From the NCBI GenBank assembly GCA_965247995.1, contig OZ252041.1:1218444-1282443 (forward strand): a stretch of DNA of 64,000 nt, written 5' to 3'. The notes under the pieces are model-generated. The model was not told where the DNA came from. It was given only the letters and a program-made list of their open reading frames with translations, and ran no database searches. Positions within the stretch are counted from its first letter, which is position 1. Each line of letters starts with the position of its first letter. This stretch comes from Dehalococcoidia bacterium (GTDB taxonomy: Bacteria; Chloroflexota; Dehalococcoidia; UBA6926). Both the position numbers and the translations under genes were made by a program. Below are positions 50,508-58,599 of this stretch, piece after piece.

Positions 50508-50893
50508 GCGGGCACGAATCGAAGGGGGGCCGCACTCAGATGATGAAACAGCGCCTAGAAGTGCTCCGCATCCGTGCGGGGTTGTCTCACGCGGAGTTGG
50601 CAGATCGTCTGGCGCCAGGGCGCTCGTTGCGGAGCTCAACGCGCGCCGAGAAGGAAGTTGATCTCGGGTTGAGGATCCTGTCGCTCGCCCGAGAAATCGA
50701 GGGTGGGATCGAGGTTGTCCTCGGTGACGGCGAACCGACGGACGAGGAACTCAGGACAATGTGGAACGATCTCTCTAACCCGACGTGGCCGGGGCGCGGA
50801 CGCGGCGATCCAAAAATTGAGCGCGAGCCGCATGGCCCGCGGTCGAGCAGGTCGCCGAAGAGCAAGGGGAAAGACACACCCCAGAAGGCTTGA
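50504..50893 (+). CDS. Small HTH-like protein with basic C-terminus
   Basis: LRIRAGLSHAELADRL helix-turn-helix-like. Confidence 0.35.
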   Translation: MSGHESKGGRTQMMKQRLEVLRIRAGLSHAELADRLAPGRSLRSSTRAEKEVDLGLRILSLAREIEGGIEVVLGDGEPTDEELRTMWNDLSNPTWPGRGRGDPKIEREPHGPRSSRSPKSKGKDTPQKA

Positions 50894-50924
50894 CGCGTGA
50901 CTATACGTAACGTATACTATTGCC

Positions 50925-51143
50925 ATGGAGTTGCGGTTCACAAGTCACGCGCGGCGCGCGATGGTTGACCGGCGCATCACCCATGAGATGGTCGTGGCGA
51001 CGATTAACGGTGCGCGGGCCATTGAGGTAGGGCGAACGGCGACCATCTACGATGCTGAGGTAGATGCGCGGCTCTTGCGTGTTGTCGTCGTGCGTGGCTC
51101 ATACCCGCCAATCGTCGTCACGGTGCACGAACGGGATCGTTAG
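50925..51143 (+). CDS. DUF4258 domain protein
   Basis: FTSHARRAM...LRVVVV...VVTV pattern. Confidence 0.5.
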   Translation: MELRFTSHARRAMVDRRITHEMVVATINGARAIEVGRTATIYDAEVDARLLRVVVVRGSYPPIVVTVHERDR

Positions 51144-51151
51144 GAGGAAGG

Positions 51152-51388
51152 ATGGAACTGCGCTATGACCCGGAGGCCAATGCCATTTATGTGTCGCTTC
51201 GGGAGTACACCGGGAAACGGCGATCGAAGAACGTGGGTGACTGGCGCCACGTGGTCGACTATGACGAAGATGGCGAGCCGGTAGGGGTGGAGATTCTCGA
51301 AGTCTCTTCGGGTATTGACCTCCACGGGCTACCCGAGGCCGAGGCAATCGCCGCACTCATCCGGTCGTTCCCGCAACTGGTGGCGTGA
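51152..51388 (+). CDS. DUF2283 domain protein
   Basis: YDPEANAIYVSL...VDYDEDGEPVGVEIL pattern. Confidence 0.5.
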   Translation: MELRYDPEANAIYVSLREYTGKRRSKNVGDWRHVVDYDEDGEPVGVEILEVSSGIDLHGLPEAEAIAALIRSFPQLVA

Positions 51389-51603
51389 GGCGGGACGGCG
51401 ATGTCGCGGCTTGGCTCCAGAGGAAACGGGCTGAGCTTGGGCTTACTCAATCCCAGCTTGGTCAGGCCCTCGGTGTGAGAACCAACACGATAGCGCGGTG
51501 GGAGCGCGGGGAATTAGTGGTGCGGCACTCGCGGATGTTGCGGCTCGCTCTGGACGCTCTCCGCGGGTCGGCGCCGGGCGACGGGACTCCGGAACGAAAC
51601 TAA
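51385..51603 (+). CDS. XRE-family HTH transcriptional regulator
   Basis: LGLTQSQLGQALGVRTNTIARWERG. Confidence 0.55.
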   Translation: MRRDGDVAAWLQRKRAELGLTQSQLGQALGVRTNTIARWERGELVVRHSRMLRLALDALRGSAPGDGTPERN

Positions 51604-51846
51604 CGATCGTGCCAAAAACGCGACGATGCTGGCAGGTTGCACCAATAGGGGGCAAACTGTCTCAATGACGGGGCGGATGACACCGCTCTCCAATAGGCGC
51701 GGACGGCGCGGAATGTACACACGGCCCGCGTCTGTGCAACCGGATTCCGGAGCAAAACGTTACATCGCCACCCAGCGGCTGCCCGACTACCTCGAGCAGA
51801 CTGGGGAAGCCTGCTTGGGATACCAAGCAATGATCTAGATCAGCCG

Positions 51847-52629
51847 ATGGCAGAATCAGAATTGCACAAGCGAGCCCGCCGATTGTTGCAGCGCGGCGAC
51901 CGTGTGGGCCAACCTTTCGGTGAAGCTCTCGTCGCCGTGGACACAGACGCGCGTGGTGTCCGAATCAAGGACGGCCCAGCCAAGGGCAAAGCGGTCGATG
52001 CCTTCGTCGAAGCCCCAGAAGGTTACCGCGTTGGACTGGAGTTCCATTATCGGCACAAGGTCGGTGCCGCCAAAATCGCACTACTCAAAGAAGACGGGCG
52101 CTATCCGGTCCTAGAAATCGATCTGTTTCAAGGATTGAACGATGCGTCGGACGATGAGCTGCGGCAATACATCGTTGGTTGGCCCGGTTCGCACCGATTC
52201 ACTCGCCGCTGGCTGTACTTGCCGTCCATGTATGACATCGAGCGACAGGTCGCACCGGAGCGGCTTGAAGCCTTGGGTTGGATACAAAACCACGCGCGCA
52301 TCGACGAACGAGGAATGTCATCGGCGGAGTTGGAGGAGCTGTGGGCTAAGGACCGATGGGCCTCCGACGTGCTCGACAATACCAGCCGATTTGGCTGGCT
52401 GAAGTGTTGTGTGCCAGGGTGCAACGGCAAACCATCAAGAGGGTCACAGACGGTTGAATCTTACGAAACGTTGCCCCGGTTCGCTTGCTCTGACCACATC
52501 ATGCACACGGAGTTGCTGACCCATCCTGACGGGGTCCGCGCTTACAAGGAAGCGTTTCCGCGCATCGCATCGGACGTCGTCCAGGGTCAACGAGTTGATC
52601 AATCAGGGCAACCAGGTGATGGTCGTTGA
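51847..52629 (+). CDS. Hypothetical protein (260 aa) coupled to recombinase
   Basis: Stop overlaps recombinase TTG start; Cys cluster KCCVPGCNG. Confidence 0.4.
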   Translation: MAESELHKRARRLLQRGDRVGQPFGEALVAVDTDARGVRIKDGPAKGKAVDAFVEAPEGYRVGLEFHYRHKVGAAKIALLKEDGRYPVLEIDLFQGLNDASDDELRQYIVGWPGSHRFTRRWLYLPSMYDIERQVAPERLEALGWIQNHARIDERGMSSAELEELWAKDRWASDVLDNTSRFGWLKCCVPGCNGKPSRGSQTVESYETLPRFACSDHIMHTELLTHPDGVRAYKEAFPRIASDVVQGQRVDQSGQPGDGR

Positions 52630-53129
52630 GACCCGCGCTCTACGCCCGCGTCTCGACTGACGATAAGGGCCAAGACCCGGAGACGCAGCTCGTACAGTTG
52701 CAGCAAGCGGTAGGGGACGCCGCAACCCGCACCTATGTTGACCGCGCCTCGGCCGCCAACCTACGCGGACGGGCGGAGTGGCGGCAGCTACTTGACGACT
52801 GCCGCCGTGGACTCGTCCAGACGATCTACATCACCAAGATCGACCGTGCCTGGCGCTCACTGGCACAGATGAGCGCCGACCTGGAGCACCTGGACCGATG
52901 GGGCGTCGAGCTGGTGGTGACGACACAGCCGATCGATACCCGTGGTCCGACCGGGCGACTCGTGCGGAACATTCTCGGAGCTGTCGCGGAGTTCGAGCGA
53001 GAGCTGATCGCGGAGCGCACGCGCGAAGGCCTTGACCGGGCGAGACAACAAGGGAAACGTCTGGGCCGCCCGAAGGGATCTCAGGACAAGCAACCCCGCC
53101 GACGTGGCGGATACTACGCAAGAGCGTGA
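52626..53129 (+). CDS. Serine recombinase (resolvase/invertase catalytic domain), C-terminal HTH missing
   Basis: YARVSTDDKGQDPETQ catalytic Ser motif; ends shortly after GRPKG. Confidence 0.7.
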   Translation: MRPALYARVSTDDKGQDPETQLVQLQQAVGDAATRTYVDRASAANLRGRAEWRQLLDDCRRGLVQTIYITKIDRAWRSLAQMSADLEHLDRWGVELVVTTQPIDTRGPTGRLVRNILGAVAEFERELIAERTREGLDRARQQGKRLGRPKGSQDKQPRRRGGYYARA

Positions 53130-53192
53130 GGACAAAGGGGGTCGGAAAATCAGTGTGCCGGCTAGGAACGAATCGGCCTCTCAGCGGGGCGA

Positions 53193-53214
53193 CAAACAAA
53201 CGGGCGTTTGTTTG
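53193..53214. promoter_or_regulatory. Perfect palindrome CAAACAAACG-GG-CGTTTGTTTG
   Basis: 10-bp arms; related to palindrome at 55029. Confidence 0.4.
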
Positions 53215-53477
53215 AGCTCGTCCAAGGACCTGTCACAACGGGAGAGGTGGCACTACCCGGACTGACCCCATAGATGGGAACGGTAGGGGGAGGGTCGGCT
53301 ACGAGTGAGAGGAGACCTTCCTCCTCAGTACGGTGCGAATGTAGTGTGGTGAGAATGTCCACGTTCTGATCAAGGTGGGCGCATGAGTGCCCGTTAAGTA
53401 GCTGCCGACCGCTAATATCATCGGCGAGGTCCGCTGGATGGTGTCGGACGCTTTAGTACAGTTGTGGTAGACATCCC

Positions 53478-54017
53478 GTGACGCCCACGCATGCGGAGAG
53501 CCATGAGTTGCACTGTCGGCCTATCCGCACAAGCAGGGATTCGGACATAGCATTGACCACTCGACAGTACAACGATGAAGAAATCAATGAGCTGAAGGCG
53601 ATGCCGAAGCGCGTGACCAATCCAGGAGCCCGGTGGGCGAGCAAGCCGGGGCACCGCCAACGTAACTTCGTGGTCGCCGGGCTTCAGGATACCGCAAACC
53701 AATTCCAAATCTATCAGCGCCAGAGCGAGGCAGACGAGCACGACTTCTCCTGCGGGATTGCGTTCCTTCCGACCGGCGGACAACGGTTGACGCTGGCTCG
53801 TTACAACGGGCCGAGTCACATTCATGGCGACATCGCTTTCCGTCCACACATTCATCGCGCAACGGCGCGCGCTATGTCTATTGGCAAGAAGCCCGAGGCT
53901 GAGGCCGAGGAAACCAACCGATTCACAACTCTTGAAGGCGCGTTCAGATGTTTGTTTGAAGACTTCAGTCTCAGCGGGATCACCCCTCCCGAGCCCGACC
54001 AAGCGAGGCTTCTCTGA
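53478..54017 (+). CDS. Hypothetical protein (start uncertain; possible MPKRV at 53601)
   Basis: ORF; His-rich HIHGDIAFRPHIHR; coupled to next. Confidence 0.35.
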   Translation: MTPTHAESHELHCRPIRTSRDSDIALTTRQYNDEEINELKAMPKRVTNPGARWASKPGHRQRNFVVAGLQDTANQFQIYQRQSEADEHDFSCGIAFLPTGGQRLTLARYNGPSHIHGDIAFRPHIHRATARAMSIGKKPEAEAEETNRFTTLEGAFRCLFEDFSLSGITPPEPDQARLL

Positions 54018-54796
54018 TGAACCTCGATGTAGACGCCTTAAGAAACCTCTTATGCGAACGCTTGTGCGAAGACGTGCGTGTCGAGACGCGCCCAGACGGC
54101 GAGCTCATGCTACGGACGCACTTCACGTTTCCTGATGGAGACGGCTACCCCTTCCACCTGTCCGAGGCGCCTGCAGGCGGTCTCCGCCTGTCGGACCAAG
54201 GGCACACGCTCATGCATGTCAGCTACGAGCACGACATCGACTCGTTCCTGACTGGGACGAGGGGGGCTCTGCTCGAACGGATTGTCAGCGAGGGTGAGTT
54301 CGGCTACGCCGATGGCATGTTCTACACCGACACTCCACCGGAGCGACTACCCGAAGCCATCTTCAGGTTCGGCCAGGTGCTGACCCGGGTATACGATCTG
54401 ACCTTCTTGTCCCGCTCCAACGTGGGCTCCACATTCTATGACGACCTTGCCGACACTCTGACGGGCCTTGTGGACGAGGCGAAGATGCAGCGCGACTACC
54501 AACCAAACGTACCGAATGCGGAGGCGTACCTCGTAGATTATCGAATCGAAGGCAAGGGCGAGGTTCCACTTTTTGTCTACGGTGTGCCTAACCGCGACAA
54601 GGCTCGACTCGCGACTATTATGTTGGCCTACTTTCACCGACATAGCGTTCAATTCGAGTCGATCATCGTCTTCCAGAACCAAGAGGAGATTCCGAGGGTC
54701 GACCTCGCGAGGCTTTCGGACGTGGGCGGAGAAATGATCTCGTCACTGGAGTCGACCGAAGACCTGAACCGGAAACTACTGCGCCGTGTAGCTTAA
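54017..54796 (+). CDS. Hypothetical protein (259 aa), possibly DUF1828/DUF1829-like
   Basis: ORF with TGATG coupling; weak resemblance only. Confidence 0.4.
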   Translation: MNLDVDALRNLLCERLCEDVRVETRPDGELMLRTHFTFPDGDGYPFHLSEAPAGGLRLSDQGHTLMHVSYEHDIDSFLTGTRGALLERIVSEGEFGYADGMFYTDTPPERLPEAIFRFGQVLTRVYDLTFLSRSNVGSTFYDDLADTLTGLVDEAKMQRDYQPNVPNAEAYLVDYRIEGKGEVPLFVYGVPNRDKARLATIMLAYFHRHSVQFESIIVFQNQEEIPRVDLARLSDVGGEMISSLESTEDLNRKLLRRVA

Positions 54797-55028
54797 AAAA
54801 CAGCGAAGAGCGTATCGCAATTTGCCAGAGTGGTTCGCCTCGTGAGCTCCTAGGTCGAGGTGACCAGCCAGGTCCTTTCCAGCGACCTCGATTCGGGGGG
54901 TCTCAAGCGCCCGCCGGTTGGCACGATCCGGCGGGTCTGAAGAAGCGGCAGCGATGGGTGCGCCAAAAACGGGTCCACCAACCGAGGGTGCCGCGGCTAT
55001 CTAGCCGACCTGCTCCCCATGAGAGGTG

Positions 55029-55051
55029 TTACAAACGAACGTTTGTGACAC
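55029..55051. promoter_or_regulatory. Palindrome TGTTACAAACG-AA-CGTTTGTGACA
   Basis: Shares ACAAACG-NN-CGTTTGT core with 53193 palindrome. Confidence 0.4.
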
Positions 55052-55460
55052 CCGTCGCCCCTTGGACTATCAGTGGGGGAGCGGTCAGAGCCCGGTGTTC
55101 GTGTAGACGCGGGGCGCGACCTCGACCTGTTTGAGCCCTACTGCCCGGCCGCGGTCAATCAAGTCTTGTCGTGAGGCGTCGTACCGGGCCGCATGCTGCC
55201 CAAAGACCGCAGTGAATGGCGGTGGTTCAGAACACTCGACGCCGATCGACGCTCCGCACTCATCGCACACGAAGTCGGTTTCTGATCGGCGCTCGAGAAC
55301 GGGTTCGTCGTACATGGCTCGGACGGTACCGTCCGTGTAGAGTGGCCGTCAACGAGGTGTGGCGTTCGAGAACTAAGCGACCCACGGTGGAGGTGTTGAG
55401 CGGAATCGGGTGAGGTGGAAACCGGTGAGTGGGAAGGCATGAAGGCGTACACGCTAACAC

Positions 55461-55489
55461 TTGACGTGTATACCCTAAGCATGTACACT
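55461..55489 (+). promoter_or_regulatory. Promoter of higBA (TTGACG-N17-TACACT), leaderless transcript predicted
   Basis: -10 ends 8 nt before higB ATG; near-palindrome ACACTTGACGTGT overlaps -35. Confidence 0.4.
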
Positions 55490-55496
55490 TCCAGCA

Positions 55497-55793
55497 ATGA
55501 GGATCGAGTTCAGCAACAACCGGCTTGCAAGGGCGTACGCGGAACCGGAGCGGGCGATCCGACAATGGGGAGACCAGATCGGCATCCGTTACGTGCAGCG
55601 CGTGCGAATGGTGGAGAATGCTGACCGGTGGGAAGATTTGCAATCGTTCCGCGCGCTGCGTATCCATCCGCTGAGGGGGTCACGGCGGGACCAATGGGCA
55701 GTGAACGTGACGGGGCGCTGGCGGCTGATTGTCACGAGGCCCGACCAGGACACGGTACGAATCGAGGAGGTGAGCGCGCACTATGGCGACTGA
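55497..55793 (+). CDS. higB: HigB-family toxin (RelE/ParE superfamily)
   Basis: HPLRGSRRDQWAVNVTGRWRLIV...VRIEEVSAHYGD pattern. Confidence 0.7.
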   Translation: MRIEFSNNRLARAYAEPERAIRQWGDQIGIRYVQRVRMVENADRWEDLQSFRALRIHPLRGSRRDQWAVNVTGRWRLIVTRPDQDTVRIEEVSAHYGD

Positions 55794-56073
55794 GGAAAGA
55801 GTTGAACCGAGGATTGCCATTCCACCGGGCCTGATGCTCAACGACGAGCTTGAGGCGCGAGGAATGAGTCAACGACAACTCGCTGCTTCGATGCGGCGTC
55901 CCGTCAACACCGTTAATGCAATCATCCACGGCCGCAAGGCAATCACGGCGCGGACCGCGGTTGAACTGGAGGGAGCGCTTGGAACCCCAGCCTATCTATG
56001 GCTCCGAGCGGAAGCGGACTATCAATTGGCCCTTGAGCGGGGGTTTCCGCCGATGGCGTCGCTCATCGAATGA
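55783..56073 (+). CDS. higA: HigA-family antitoxin (XRE HTH)
   Basis: Overlaps higB stop; GMSQRQLAASMRRPVNTVNAIIHGRKAIT. Confidence 0.7.
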   Translation: MATEERVEPRIAIPPGLMLNDELEARGMSQRQLAASMRRPVNTVNAIIHGRKAITARTAVELEGALGTPAYLWLRAEADYQLALERGFPPMASLIE

Positions 56074-56085
56074 GCTGATCCCTCG

Positions 56086-56276
56086 CCCAGATGAGTGCTG
56101 ACCTTGAGCATCTCGACCGGTGGGGTCTCGAGCTAGTGGTCACAACCCAACCGATCGACACGCGCGGTCCTACCGGCCGCTTGGTCCGAAACGTCCTCGG
56201 CGCCGTGGCGGAAATTCGAGCGCGAACTCATCGCGGAGCGGACCCGGGAAGGCCTGGATCGTATTCGAATCGGTGA
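56086..56276 (+). pseudogene. Degenerate duplicated 3' fragment of serine recombinase gene (frameshifted)
   Basis: ~80% nt identity to 52868-53043 (MSADLEHLDRWG.ELVVTTQPIDTRGPTGRLVRN), 1-bp indel. Confidence 0.6.
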
Positions 56277-56279
56277 GGG

Positions 56280-57398
56280 GTGACTAAGGGGCCAGGAGCG
56301 GTTCTTCTGGTCGCCGCGTTCTTAGCGGTCGGCGTCGCTTGCGGACCGTCGGACGAGGAGGTTCAGCAGCTCGGCGGAGAGCGGAATCAACAGCAGCCCG
56401 CACAGGCCAGTCCGACGCCCACGGTTATCGAGCTTGGTGATGCGGAGGCTGTGCACACTTCCGCCGAAATCTATGGACACATTCCTGTGAGGCCAGCTAG
56501 TTCTCAGATCGAGAGTTACCGACTCTATGCGCTAGACCTGATCAACGAAGACCGCGCGAAGCACGGCGTTCCGCCGGTGCAACTCGGCGCGAACGAGGCA
56601 GCGCAAGTCTATGCAGAGGACAAATTGGCCAAGGCTTTGGAAAACGAGGATGCGTGGGCCAACGCCTATTCGACCGAGGGTTTGAAACCCTACATGCTGT
56701 ACGCGTTGGCGGGTGGGACCGGTAGGACGCACATAGCTGGCGGTGGCCGTTGGTATCCCGACCCTTCGTTGTGCAGACAGCCCTTGGTGGTTTGCAGCCC
56801 CTTGGACATCGACGAGTCGATCCGCGTTGTTCAGTGGATGGTGACCTACAGCCACGTCGGGGCGGACAATCAGTTGTCGGGTGCGAGGGTCCGCCCCGAC
56901 GTCGATACCGTGAACATTGGGCTCGCCTGGGACGACCGACGGTGGGTATTCGCGATGTCCCAATATTTTGAATTCGTCGGCATTGAGTATGTATTCGAGC
57001 CCGGTTTCGAAAGCGGTACCTTCAGCATGACCGGGCGACCGGTAGGTGACCTGGGTATCGGTGCTGTCTCGATCTACTTTGATCCCCCGCCGCGGCCGTT
57101 GACCCGTGAAGAGCATGAGCGCGTGCGCGCTCCTTGCCTAGGTGGAGGAGTAACTGACAAGTGCGACGACGTGGAACCCATCATCCGTGTTCTGCGCCCA
57201 CCAAAGCCTGGATCCTACTATTCGGACTTGGAGCCGATTGAGGTGGTCGCGGGCGAGTGGAACAGTAGCAGTGACGGCACGGTGACCATCCGTGCGGAAC
57301 TTGGCGATCAAGTAGCTGAACCGGGTGTCTACACGATCGTCGTCTGGTCCGCCGACTTCGACCTCGTGTTGAGCGAATATTCGATCTTCGCGTACTAG
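56280..57398 (+). CDS. Secreted CAP/SCP (PR-1-like) domain protein, probable lipoprotein
   Basis: Signal peptide LLVAAFLAVGVAC; YALDLINEDRAKHGVPPV CAP motif. Confidence 0.5.
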   Translation: MTKGPGAVLLVAAFLAVGVACGPSDEEVQQLGGERNQQQPAQASPTPTVIELGDAEAVHTSAEIYGHIPVRPASSQIESYRLYALDLINEDRAKHGVPPVQLGANEAAQVYAEDKLAKALENEDAWANAYSTEGLKPYMLYALAGGTGRTHIAGGGRWYPDPSLCRQPLVVCSPLDIDESIRVVQWMVTYSHVGADNQLSGARVRPDVDTVNIGLAWDDRRWVFAMSQYFEFVGIEYVFEPGFESGTFSMTGRPVGDLGIGAVSIYFDPPPRPLTREEHERVRAPCLGGGVTDKCDDVEPIIRVLRPPKPGSYYSDLEPIEVVAGEWNSSSDGTVTIRAELGDQVAEPGVYTIVVWSADFDLVLSEYSIFAY

Positions 57399-57427
57399 GT
57401 TCGCCAACGGCGTCCCGCGCCGTTCGG

Positions 57428-58303
57428 CTAGCTGGGCTCGGAGGTCGTGGATTGCCCGCTCGGTGCCAGTGTTCCCGTGGGAACACTGCTCGATCGGCGT
57501 TTCACGTTTCCAAAGACCGGCCGGCCAACGAGAAAACTCTGATATGCCACGAGCATGATCGCAACCATATAGCCGAGCGGAACCAGGGTAAGGGCCACCG
57601 TCATGGCTGTGTACTCGGGAGCGAATTCGTAGATCTCGTACGCAATCGCCGCGGGCTTCAACACTCCCGGCAACACAACAGTTCCGCCGAGGCCGATGAA
57701 CGTCCCCCCTACGACGCCGGATCGACTTAGATTCACTATGGCCGCGGCGCCGAGGATAGCGCCGACGCCAACGACGACCGCGAGCGTCGGCAAGATCCTG
57801 ATGAGGATCGCCTTCAACCCGGTCGGTGTCGCTGCCCTGTAGCCCACGTCGATTGTGTGATCGGGGGCTTCACCGGTGAGCCTCGTGATGATGATCGTCT
57901 GCCGGTCCTCCACATTTAGAGCCGCACTTGCCGTGACATCGCCATCGATGCTGCTGGTCACCACCATGTCGGTCGTGTACGCGTACCAGTGAGGCGAGGG
58001 CAAGGTGACCGATGCTGCCGTGTCGTCGAGGGCGACCGGTGTCTCACGAAAGTGAGCGATCTCGGTGAGCCGGTTCGTCAATACGCGCTCGCCGTCAATG
58101 AGGACGGTGGCCAACCCCGAGAATGCGAGGAACACGACCACCAGGGCCCCACCACCGTACAGGGCTGCGAATAAGGCGCGCCGCGGGGCCGATTCCAGGA
58201 ACCCCCGCAACGGTGGTCGATTCACCCACTCCTCACGAGCCTTTTCGGCGACCTGTGCCCAGATCTGTGACCACTCCAGGCTCGACGTTTCCGGTGTTGT
58301 CAT
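57428..58303 (-). CDS. Membrane protein (291 aa)
   Basis: Multiple predicted TM helices; ATGA overlap with upstream gene. Confidence 0.45.
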   Translation of the reverse strand: MTTPETSSLEWSQIWAQVAEKAREEWVNRPPLRGFLESAPRRALFAALYGGGALVVVFLAFSGLATVLIDGERVLTNRLTEIAHFRETPVALDDTAASVTLPSPHWYAYTTDMVVTSSIDGDVTASAALNVEDRQTIIITRLTGEAPDHTIDVGYRAATPTGLKAILIRILPTLAVVVGVGAILGAAAIVNLSRSGVVGGTFIGLGGTVVLPGVLKPAAIAYEIYEFAPEYTAMTVALTLVPLGYMVAIMLVAYQSFLVGRPVFGNVKRRSSSVPTGTLAPSGQSTTSEPS

Positions 58304-58575
58304 TCCGCCGTATCCTTTCCGGCTGCTCGGGACTCGAACAATTCGGCCTCGAGTTCATCGACACGTCCTTCCCTGCCTAGCCCCCAACCGAGGTCGACGC
58401 ACCACAAGACAATTAACACAACCAACGCTGCCATAATTGGATCGTTAGCTACGTACACGCCGATGCCCGCAAATGGTGCGCTGCATACGTAGAACACCCA
58501 CGGGGTCGACGAGAAGCTCGATGGTCGTCTAGGCCGTTTCTCTAGCTTTGTGCGAATGTCCGTCAGGAATCGCAT
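58300..58575 (-). CDS. Small membrane protein (91 aa)
   Basis: Two TM helices. Confidence 0.35.
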   Translation of the reverse strand: MRFLTDIRTKLEKRPRRPSSFSSTPWVFYVCSAPFAGIGVYVANDPIMAALVVLIVLWCVDLGWGLGREGRVDELEAELFESRAAGKDTAE

Positions 58576-58599
58576 GGTGTACGCCCCTTTCGTTCCGGC

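Noticed and set aside
55085-55315. 76-aa minus-strand ORF with CDECG...C motif in the 700-bp gap before higBA
   Set aside because: It has no SD and is isolated on the opposite strand. It is possibly real but unsupported, and the gap more likely holds regulatory DNA (palindrome at 55029, hig promoter).
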